A DNA stretch of 15,931 nt, from positions 1 to 15,931 of the forward strand of contig JBOFUV010000128.1 of assembly GCA_051652765.1 (NCBI GenBank). Direction: 5' to 3'. Origin of the DNA: Microcoleaceae cyanobacterium. GTDB taxonomy: Bacteria; Cyanobacteriota; Cyanobacteriia; Cyanobacteriales; Microcoleaceae. Under the pieces are notes generated by a model that made no database searches, was not told the origin of the DNA, and saw only the letters and a program-made list of their open reading frames with translations. Positions 8,037 through 15,442 of this stretch are shown in pieces. Within the stretch, counting starts at the first letter, position 1, and each line of letters opens with the position of its first letter. The translations under genes and the position numbers were made by a program.

Positions 8037-10310
8037 TCAATCTACCTTTACCCATTTCAGAACAGAACTAATGGCTCGATCAACCAAACTATTGGGCTTC
8101 TTTGCTAGTACCTGACGTTGAGCTTTGTTCCGATCAAACTCTAGTTCGGTGATACGTCGCTCTCCCTGTTGTTGACGAATTAATGTTACGAGATAATCAT
8201 GGGCAAGTTGATAGCGATCATCTGGAACATCCGGCAATAACAATACTAGGCCGCTCTCTACCAAAATTTCCAAAACTAAATCCAGTTTATGGGAGATAAT
8301 TTCTAATTCGGATTGGAGTGCTGGATAGGTTTTTACAGGCCGAGCACCATTTTCACCGGTAAGAGCATAGAGTACCGAAATAACAGCTCGTTCATTTTGG
8401 TAGCTGCAATCTTCAATCATCTGATCCAGATATTGGTTGAGTAAAGTCTGTTTAGGAGAGTCACCTAAATGTTGGTACTGTTCTAAAGTGGTAATCTTAT
8501 TAGTCTGTAGTTGAGATCCAACAATTTGTAATTCAATGGGACAAATCTCATCTAGCGGATGGCTAAGATCCTGAACGATCTGTTGGACTAAATCTTGATC
8601 AAATTGAATAGAACTGGTTGCCATTTGATTCTGAATGAACTTTTTGGTTTGCTCAAGAGAAAAATTTTCTAATCCATACAAAACGTGTTGAGAGAGAACC
8701 TCAAATGGAAGAATTTCTGCTAAATTAACTCGGCGATCGCACTCTAACAGGTAATGCAGATAATCAGTTCGCATGGCCAATAGCACGGTCACAAATTCTA
8801 GAGATAGGCAACGTTTTAGAAATTGATAGAAAGGCAGGCGCTGACTTATTTCAGTACAAACCAAGAAAAATTCTTCAAATTGATCAAAGATTAATACAGT
8901 TGGCAATTGACGATCACAATTTTTTTCTAGGAGTTTAAACACCTCACGCAAATTCCAAGTATTTGAATCAGGATCTCGTAGCCAATCTGTATAAACTCTG
9001 AGTAAAACAGGGATTGCAATTCCTTCCTCACTTAACTGGCGATGCAGCAAGCTAGGAATTACACCTGCTGACAAAAGTGAACTTTTACCCACTCCGGATT
9101 GGCCATGCAATACAATCAATCGATGATGCCGACTTTGAATCCGATTAACCAGAGTATAAACATCTAGCAATCGATCAGAATGCAAGATTTCGTTAGCAAT
9201 ATTGCTTTTTTCTTTACCCGACTGAACCTGGGGTTGTAATTGACGGACTCCCACAAAAGATCGTAACTGATATTGATATTCAACCCGTAATTGTTCCTCT
9301 TTGAGATGCGAAGCTTTGCCATATTCACTTTGTTCAGAATAGAGCTTTCTAAGTGCTTTCAGAACCTGTACATAGGCTTGAGTATCCTTTTGAAGTGCAG
9401 TATTTTGTAGGGCTTCTTCTAACTGATCTGTGGTTTTGATGCGATCTACCAACTCTTGCTTGGATTTAGCTAACAAAAGTAAATAAGGGCTATCTTCTGC
9501 AAAAATCACAAAAGAATTAGAAAGAGACTGTTGTTGAATTTCAAAAGCCAACTCCGCCAGTTGACTGGCATGAGACCACTGAAATTCATTCAGGGCTGCT
9601 TCTGCTAACCAGCCGTAATCTTGAGCAATCTGCTGAGCTGAACCGTAGGAAAGATGAAGATTTAATGCTCGTTGAGCAAGCAGTTTAACCTTTTCCCAGT
9701 CTTCTAGTTTACACAGAATGTCTATTAAACTTCCGATAAACTTAGCGACTAAATCAAGACGATTGGCTTGCTCAAAAGCTGATAAGCAACCTTGTAAATT
9801 GGTGTGGGCACTTTGCCAATGATCCTGCCTATGATCTTGGACTTGATCTTTAGGATTAAACTCCCCCAAACGAACATAATTTAACCCGATATGAAATAGC
9901 ACAACCCCCAATCTTTCCAAAAAATAGTCTGGTGAAAAATGCTCTGAGGTTTCTAAATGTAGACTGGGGTTTGTGATGGGAGCCCGCCAAAATTTTAAAC
10001 TATTTTCATAATGTTCTAAGGCCGCTTGAAACTGAGCTTGAGCATAATCTTCTCGACCTAAAATCAATTCTAAGGTAGCAAACAGGGCCGGAGTCAAAGG
10101 CTCACCTTGCTCCTGAACTTCCTGGATCATAGTCATCAAGTTTGTATGATCGCTTCCCAAAATAGTGACGTTGGTTACACAGGGCGAAGTCTGACAATCT
10201 AGAATGCCAGCCAATATTTGATCGATGTAGGTCGTTAAGATATCTACTCGATCAGATCGATCAGAGCGGTACAACTGAGAAGAATCGTTAGAGAAGTGAG
10301 GATTGACCAT
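8037..10310 (-). CDS. TPR-repeat + nSTAND1-type P-loop NTPase
   Basis: N-terminal TPR-like helices (ALEHYENSL, CLSAFEQANRLDLVAKFI, LAQRALNLH). Walker A LHGQSGVGKSSLL, Walker B VLIFDQFEEFF, PIELQIVG, and C-terminal YQLAHDYL, all typical of cyanobacterial nSTAND1 proteins. Confidence 0.85.
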   Translation of the reverse strand: MVNPHFSNDSSQLYRSDRSDRVDILTTYIDQILAGILDCQTSPCVTNVTILGSDHTNLMTMIQEVQEQGEPLTPALFATLELILGREDYAQAQFQAALEHYENSLKFWRAPITNPSLHLETSEHFSPDYFLERLGVVLFHIGLNYVRLGEFNPKDQVQDHRQDHWQSAHTNLQGCLSAFEQANRLDLVAKFIGSLIDILCKLEDWEKVKLLAQRALNLHLSYGSAQQIAQDYGWLAEAALNEFQWSHASQLAELAFEIQQQSLSNSFVIFAEDSPYLLLLAKSKQELVDRIKTTDQLEEALQNTALQKDTQAYVQVLKALRKLYSEQSEYGKASHLKEEQLRVEYQYQLRSFVGVRQLQPQVQSGKEKSNIANEILHSDRLLDVYTLVNRIQSRHHRLIVLHGQSGVGKSSLLSAGVIPSLLHRQLSEEGIAIPVLLRVYTDWLRDPDSNTWNLREVFKLLEKNCDRQLPTVLIFDQFEEFFLVCTEISQRLPFYQFLKRCLSLEFVTVLLAMRTDYLHYLLECDRRVNLAEILPFEVLSQHVLYGLENFSLEQTKKFIQNQMATSSIQFDQDLVQQIVQDLSHPLDEICPIELQIVGSQLQTNKITTLEQYQHLGDSPKQTLLNQYLDQMIEDCSYQNERAVISVLYALTGENGARPVKTYPALQSELEIISHKLDLVLEILVESGLVLLLPDVPDDRYQLAHDYLVTLIRQQQGERRITELEFDRNKAQRQVLAKKPNSLVDRAISSVLKWVKVD

Positions 10311-10365
10311 AGCTGCAACTGATTTGAAAAGTATCTTTCAACTTAACATGCAACCCTCTCTTTCA

Positions 10366-10530
10366 GAGGATGTTTAAAAACTCTCATTGTGGGCAGTGAC
10401 ATGATTTAGAGTTCCCCAAATCCCCCTTAAGAAGGGAGACTTTGATGCTGATTTCCTCTTTTTAAGGTGGGCTAGAGGGGAGCGGTACGTACTGAAAATC
10501 ATGCATGACCAACCCGTTTAAAATATCCTC
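10366..10530. mobile_element. 165-bp MITE-like element with terminal inverted repeats and an internal palindromic repeat
   Basis: Left end GAGGATGTTTAAAA versus right-end reverse complement GAGGATATTTTAAA (12/14 match), flanked by TCA and TAA. Inner arms CATGATTT (10400-10407) and AAATCATG (10496-10503). Core CCCCAAATCCCCCTTAAGAAGGGAGAC...TTTCCTCTTTTTAAGGTGGGCTAGAGGGG. Confidence 0.65.
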
Positions 10531-10581
10531 TAAGAATCTGGATGAGCGCCGTCCTCTTCGCAGATTTTGCCAGAACCCTGG

Positions 10582-11178
10582 CTAAGAAAGCATTAAGCGA
10601 GGAGATTGAAGATCTGAATCAGGTGTCCATGCCTGTTTAAACTGGGCAACAAATTCTTCTTGCTGTTGGGTTTCAATGGTGTATTGGCGAGTTTGACGAA
10701 CAAGGGCGATCGCTTCCTCCGGCGGATAGCCAAAGGCAATCAAACAACAGGCGGTAATTACCCCTGTGCGACCCAATCCGCCCATGCAGTGAATAACGAC
10801 AGTGTTGCCTTGTTTCAGTAACTCCAAGATATCCTGAACCAGTTGCACAACCTCTGGCATCGACTGCGGAACTCGCATGTCAGGAATTGGTAACCACAGC
10901 GTTTGCATCCCTCTGACATGAGCTTCAGAAAACAGATCAGGAATCTTAACCGCTGTAAGTTCCAGGGATTCAATCAGTGAAACCAGCCAATTCACTTTGT
11001 AATAGCTTTGCAAGCGGTCTAAATCTTGAAATAAATCCCGATTCCAGACAAAATGCATCCCTTGATGTTGTTTTCCAGGAGCAAACGTCATGCCCAGTCT
11101 GCCCTTCATCCCAACCACTTTCTGAGGCAGAAAATCCACAACAATTGGATCATTCTCCGAAGTTCTGACTGAAATCAT
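10582..11178 (-). CDS. Dual-specificity/tyrosine protein phosphatase, CDKN3-like family
   Basis: CX5R P-loop IHCMGGLGRTG, general-acid loop PIPDMRVP, N-terminal LGMTFAPGK...RDL..DL and C-terminal IETQQQE. Confidence 0.9.
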   Translation of the reverse strand: MISVRTSENDPIVVDFLPQKVVGMKGRLGMTFAPGKQHQGMHFVWNRDLFQDLDRLQSYYKVNWLVSLIESLELTAVKIPDLFSEAHVRGMQTLWLPIPDMRVPQSMPEVVQLVQDILELLKQGNTVVIHCMGGLGRTGVITACCLIAFGYPPEEAIALVRQTRQYTIETQQQEEFVAQFKQAWTPDSDLQSPRLMLS

Positions 11179-11242
11179 AGTTCTGGCGCTTTTAGGTCAA
11201 CTAAAAATTACACGCCCCGATTTTAGCGATGATTTCAGGATT

Positions 11243-11312
11243 TTACCAGAAGATTCTTACCAGAAGAACTTTACCAGAAGAACTTTACCAGAAGAACTTT
11301 ACCAGAAGATTT
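11243..11312. repeat. 14-bp tandem repeat x5 (TTACCAGAAG-AACT/ATTC/ATTT)
   Basis: TTACCAGAAG starts at 11243, 11257, 11271, 11285 and 11299. The middle three units are identical. Confidence 0.95.
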
Positions 11313-11315
11313 TAG

Positions 11316-12392
11316 CTACAACCCACAAGCTGCTATTCGTGCAAAAAACAGATTTCTAGCTTGAATCTCTTGAGAGGATAAAGGTAGAGCCTTTGAGGAC
11401 ATAAGCCTATAACCAGGCCGAGTTTTTTCTAGGCCATCTTCCAGCTTTTCTAGGCGAGGAAGATGGCCCTCTGGTGCATCTAAAGAAATGGTTAGTTTAT
11501 CATAAGGTTTCCAATTTTCCTTGCCATTGCTGCCAGACTCAATCCAACGAACAAGATCACTGAACTGTACATAAGCATCCAAGTTGTAAAGTTTCAACTC
11601 TTCTTGAACAAGGCTATTACCCGCTTTCTCATAAATCTCTTTTTGAATCCTGAAACCCCACAGTCCTCCCGACTCCTGCTCCCACAACTGATTGATTGTT
11701 TTTAACTCAGCGCAGGGGAACGTTTCAATTGAATTTTTATCTAAATATCCAACTGCTTTACGATTGGTTACGGCTAACATAATCTCGTAGGTTTTCAGAT
11801 CGGCATCTTTCCAACGTTTGGCCTTTAATAATTGCTCTAACTGTTGAATCGCTTGGGACTTTCGAATACAGGTTTGGGTTTCTGTCAATAAATTAATCTC
11901 AAGCTTTGCAGTGCCCTGAGTTCCAGTTATCTCCAGAGTTCCCACGCCTTCTGCTGAGATCTTTTCGAGTTTTGCTCGTAACTGCTCTAGCGGCGGTTGT
12001 TGATTCACTGATTGAGGATCTGGTAGCAGAGAGCTTGAACCTTGAGCTTGAATCACTGCTCGGTCTCCGGGAACAATTGCTCGCTTACAGACCGAGTTGG
12101 GTAGGGCATAAATTTCTAATGTCTCTGCATTTGCACTGATTCCAAGATTGAGGTAGCCATCAAACTGTTCTTTGCTTTGAAAAAACTTGCCTGAAACTCC
12201 GAGTAAGTCTCCATAGAATCGAAGTAAATCGCTACGATCTGACTCGATATAATCAAACAAGTCAACATGAGTCAATGTCCCGTAAACAGTCACCAAAGAT
12301 CCTGTAATTATTCCCGTCAAAAATGCAGAAAATGGTCTTAGAATGTGACCAAGAAAAGTTTCCATTCTTGTGGGTGCTTCAGAATCTCTCAT
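11316..12392 (-). CDS. GUN4-domain protein with an N-terminal hydrophobic anchor
   Basis: C-terminal GUN4 signature LEQLLKAKRWKDADLKT...FPCAELKTINQLW...SGG.WGFRIQKEIY...APEGHLP. N-terminal hydrophobic stretch FSAFLTGIITGSLVTVYG. A multidomain paralogue, not the canonical standalone gun4. Confidence 0.85.
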   Translation of the reverse strand: MRDSEAPTRMETFLGHILRPFSAFLTGIITGSLVTVYGTLTHVDLFDYIESDRSDLLRFYGDLLGVSGKFFQSKEQFDGYLNLGISANAETLEIYALPNSVCKRAIVPGDRAVIQAQGSSSLLPDPQSVNQQPPLEQLRAKLEKISAEGVGTLEITGTQGTAKLEINLLTETQTCIRKSQAIQQLEQLLKAKRWKDADLKTYEIMLAVTNRKAVGYLDKNSIETFPCAELKTINQLWEQESGGLWGFRIQKEIYEKAGNSLVQEELKLYNLDAYVQFSDLVRWIESGSNGKENWKPYDKLTISLDAPEGHLPRLEKLEDGLEKTRPGYRLMSSKALPLSSQEIQARNLFFARIAACGL

Positions 12393-12920
12393 TCTTTAAC
12401 TCGGCCTAGGCAAGGCAACAAAAATACTGGAAGAAGGTTTGATGGACAACATTGAGTAACCTACACTGAGTACTCTATACTTAATACAGATTAATCCTGA
12501 CAGCTAGTACCTCTTTAGTCAAGATTGATGTCTATACCTGACCAAGGTCAAAGTTGAACTTGAATTCAAACTTTTTAGGACTCATGATGCTGTCAGATAG
12601 TCTAAAGCATGAATAGTCTAAGGATTCTGTTGATATCGACATCTTCTTTATTGTAGCCATACTGAAGAAGGTGTAAACAGGATCAGCTTTTTCTCAAGAT
12701 TCCCAGAGCAGAAACCTGTAATCTAATCCTCATCTGGTTTCTGCCTGCATCAGATAAACTCTATAACTATATGTCTCCAACATATAGCTAATCCGAAGGA
12801 TTGCTCAAATTGACCTGTACCCGTAGCCTCGGCAAGGGCAGGAAGAGAGGAGTTTTGCCCAGAGTAGCCAGTTTCAGAACCAGATTGAGGATGAGGCGAT
12901 CGGGGCCACCCGTACTGTAA

Positions 12921-14114
12921 TCAGTTGCCGTTGCGCTCTAAGCTTCTTTGCAAAGACATATCATCTATAGAAACAGCCCGCTCATGGATGGGAATATAAG
13001 GCTCGCCGTGGGCACCCGTGTAGATTTGAGTCGGACGAAAGATCCGATTCTTCGTGAGCTGTTCTTTCCAGTGCGCCAACCATCCTGCCACGCGGGCGAT
13101 CGCAAAAACGGGCGTAAACAGGTCATCTGGAATGCCTAATTTGCGGTAAACCAACCCAGAATAAAAATCTACGTTTGGGTAAATACCTTTGTGACCCAGC
13201 CGTTCCTCCACTGCCGTTTCTAGTTCTAGGGCAATTTCGTAATATTCATCATGACCAAACTTTTCAAATAATCTCTCTGCCAACTGCTGTAAACTAGTAG
13301 CCCTGGGATCTTTGACTCGATAGACGCGATGCCCAAACCCCATGATTTTCGCCTTACTATCGATAAGTTTATCAAGATAAGGCCGCACATTTTCAATGGA
13401 ACCAATCTCTTCCAACATTAATAGAACCTCCTCGTTGGCTCCACCATGGAGCGGCCCTGCCAAGGTTCCTACCGCTGAAGCCACAACGGCATAGGGATCG
13501 GTCAAGGTAGAAGCAGTCACCAAAGCAGAAAAGGTAGAGGCATTAATTGTATGTTCGGCGTGCAGGGTTAAACAAACATCAAACACATGGGCAGCAAGAG
13601 GATCGGGCTCCTGTTCATTCAGCATGTAGAGAAAGTTAGCGGAGTAATCCAGGTCATCTCTGGGTTGAATTGGATCATTTCCCTTTCGCATCATTTGAAA
13701 TGCCGCAACCATTGTGGGAATTTTGGCCAAGAGACGCACGACTGCCTTCCGAATATATTGAGGATCATCTAGGGCGCGCCGAGAATAGAACAATCCTAAA
13801 GCTGCTGCTGAGGTTTGCAAAGCATCCATTGGATGGCCCGTTTCAGGAAAACACTTCATCATATCCCGGATACGATACTTGATGCGGCGATGATACTGAA
13901 TCTCGTGCTGAAAACTCTCTAACTCTTCCTCAATAGGGAGTTTGCCCCAAATCAACAAGTAAGCTACCTCTAGGAAAGAACTTTTTTTCGCAAGTTCTTC
14001 AATCCGAATTCCCCGATATTCTAAGATTCCATTCTGTCCATCCACACTGCTAACACTGGATAAAGTAGCAGGAACACCTTCTAAACCGGGTTTAAATTCG
14101 CTGGCGACAGTCAT
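12921..14114 (-). CDS. gltA: Citrate synthase
   Basis: Motifs PGLEGV, YRGIRIEELA, HPMD, LHAEHTINASTF, GPLHGGANE, IMGFGHRVY, YPNVDFYSG, FAIARVAGWLAHW and IFRP. Confidence 0.97.
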   Translation of the reverse strand: MTVASEFKPGLEGVPATLSSVSSVDGQNGILEYRGIRIEELAKKSSFLEVAYLLIWGKLPIEEELESFQHEIQYHRRIKYRIRDMMKCFPETGHPMDALQTSAAALGLFYSRRALDDPQYIRKAVVRLLAKIPTMVAAFQMMRKGNDPIQPRDDLDYSANFLYMLNEQEPDPLAAHVFDVCLTLHAEHTINASTFSALVTASTLTDPYAVVASAVGTLAGPLHGGANEEVLLMLEEIGSIENVRPYLDKLIDSKAKIMGFGHRVYRVKDPRATSLQQLAERLFEKFGHDEYYEIALELETAVEERLGHKGIYPNVDFYSGLVYRKLGIPDDLFTPVFAIARVAGWLAHWKEQLTKNRIFRPTQIYTGAHGEPYIPIHERAVSIDDMSLQRSLERNGN

Positions 14115-14259
14115 AGTATTTCTGAATAGAATTAATCTTTGTTTAAGCTAGATTATCAGATCAACGCATAAAAGTTCTGCTCTAGCTAGAATTCACTTAT
14201 AATACCAAACTCAGTTGAATAATTCACTCTTGTTCTACTGGTTTATCTAGACAAGCTTT

Positions 14260-14334
14260 GTGGGTTGGGTTGATGCTAAAAAAACCAACCTCTTCGAAGG
14301 ATTGTTGGGTCTTGCCAGTCTGACACTAGCTTAC
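14260..14334. repeat. Degenerate REP/REPIN-like doublet (GTAGGTTGGGTTGA...AACCCAAC type)
   Basis: GTGGGTTGGGTTGATGCTAAAAAAACCAACCT followed by GTTGGGT...AGCTTAC. Resembles, from recall, a common cyanobacterial GTAG-type palindromic repeat; heavily decayed. Confidence 0.35.
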
Positions 14335-14390
14335 ACAATACACATCAAGACTAATAGATTATAAGAACAAATTATAAGAATAAAAAACTG

Positions 14391-14420
14391 TGTAGAAACA
14401 CTGCATACAACTCTTTTACA
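14391..14420. repeat. Degenerate GTAGAGACGTTGCATGCAACGTCTCTAC-type short palindromic repeat
   Basis: TGTAGAAACACTGCATACAACTCTTTTACA matches the recalled cyanobacterial palindrome TGTAGAGACGTTGCATGCAACGTCTCTACA at about 22/30 positions. Confidence 0.35.
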
Positions 14421-14600
14421 AAAGGATACAGTTAATACAGTTTTCAAATAAATTGTTTGAATAATTTTTTGGACGAATTCTAACAAGAACAAATTCTAAT
14501 CAGAATAGAGCAGGCAGGGAGTTGCTCTCCTAGCTCACATTTCTAGAGAGGGAGACTGAGATTGAGGAATGGGTGATCAATCTAGATGGAGGATCGGCTA

Positions 14601-14949
14601 CTATTCTTGCTTAAGAATTCGCCTAATTTCAGCATCCAATGCAGGAATTTTATTGAATTTTATTGACCACAACATCCCAAACAATATCGTAATCAACGCC
14701 GAAGTAGTTGTGAATTAATCGATCGCGCATCCCAGCCATAGCCCGCCATTCAATAGCATCGTATTTTTGACGCAACCCATCCGGTAGCTGTTTAACAGCT
14801 TCACCAATGACTTCAATACTACGAACATAAGCACGTTTCAATGTTTCATCTTGCACAAATTTTGTCTTGTCTAAACTCGTAGAACTCATCATGATGTAAA
14901 TCGTTTCATCAAGAATGTGCTGTAAATATTCACGAGCCGACGGAGACAT
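14601..14949 (-). pseudogene. hepT: HepT/DUF86 HEPN ribonuclease toxin, C-terminally truncated by a 10-bp duplication
   Basis: Starts MSPSAREYLQHILDE (ATG 14949) and has RSIEVIGEAVK and the RX4HXY motif RDRLIHNY. AATTTTATTG is duplicated (14646-14655 and 14656-14665), giving an early TAA at 14652-14650. Removing one copy restores ...VVNKIPALDAEIRRILKQE* ending at TAG 14603-14601. Confidence 0.8.
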
Positions 14950-15253
14950 ACTCGACCTCATCCAAAATATGCGGAGCAATGTAAGGACTTAATGACTCGA
15001 TAGTGATGAGGTCAACTGCCCTGCCAAAAAGATCTTCTAGAAAAAAGGATAGGTGTATAAAGTTATCAAACGTTTTCTGGTCTGGCTCAAAAGCAACCAA
15101 AATATCGACATCACTTTGAGCATGAATTGCAGTGTCACGGGCAAACGATCCAAAAACGCCACAACGCCTAACTCCATAGCGATGTAGCTCCTGTTGATAT
15201 TCCTGGAGGAGAGCTAGCACTTGAGCTTTCGTTTGTACAGGCATCGCTTGCAT
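14930..15253 (-). CDS. mntA: MntA-type minimal nucleotidyltransferase antitoxin
   Basis: GVFGSFARD...SDVDILVAF (GS-x10-DxD) and LEDLFGRAVDL. Overlaps the downstream HEPN gene by 20 bp. Start may be ATG 15244. Confidence 0.9.
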   Translation of the reverse strand: MQAMPVQTKAQVLALLQEYQQELHRYGVRRCGVFGSFARDTAIHAQSDVDILVAFEPDQKTFDNFIHLSFFLEDLFGRAVDLITIESLSPYIAPHILDEVEYVSVGS

Positions 15254-15271
15254 AGACTACTCGTCTGATGC

Positions 15272-15298
15272 TGAGTCTATCACAACCTCATAGACTCA
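15272..15298 (-). promoter_or_regulatory. Putative promoter/operator of the MNT-HEPN operon
   Basis: Perfect 9-bp inverted repeat TGAGTCTAT-N9-ATAGACTCA overlapping a minus-strand extended -10-like TGaTAGACT, 19 bp upstream of the ORF start. Confidence 0.5.
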
Positions 15299-15339
15299 CA
15301 GACAGCATTAAGGAACCGTCCCTATCCATGAATGAAGTA

Positions 15340-15425
15340 GCCTAACGGTGAAGTCGTGCGGCGGCAGATAACCTTGAACTCTCACCGATAACCTTTGTAC
15401 CGTCCGCACCAACACAGTGTTAGCT
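15340..15425 (-). other. Integron attC-like recombination site (86 bp)
   Basis: Minus strand: R'' AGCTAAC, 5-nt spacer, L'' GTTGGTGC(GGACGG), central region, (CCGCC) L' GCACGAC, 6-nt spacer, R' GTTAGGC. The opposite strand folds with two extrahelical bases on the R''-L'' arm. Begins 17 nt after the Uma2 stop. Confidence 0.75.
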
Positions 15426-15442
15426 GGCTAACTACTCAAGTC

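Larger units (their letters stand above)
524..13103. repeat. HIP1 octamer GCGATCGC, dispersed (copies at 524, 948, 1302, 2420, 5210, 8733, 10706, 13096)
   Basis: Eight exact copies read directly from the sequence (a manual count may miss some). HIP1 over-representation is a hallmark of cyanobacterial genomes. Confidence 0.9.

Noticed and set aside
11243..11312. Possible mini-CRISPR
   Set aside because: 10-bp core with 4-nt near-identical linkers, no spacers and no cas genes.
10977..13882. Plus-strand ORFs at 10977, 11906, 12948, 13587 and 13670 (also 15493)
   Set aside because: Antisense to the phosphatase, GUN4, gltA and Uma2 genes, with no coding signal.
14950..14979. Upstream TTG start for the HEPN ORF (MLRIFWMRSS)
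   Set aside because: Lies deep inside mntA. ATG 14949 gives a typical DUF86 N-terminus and TA-style overlap.
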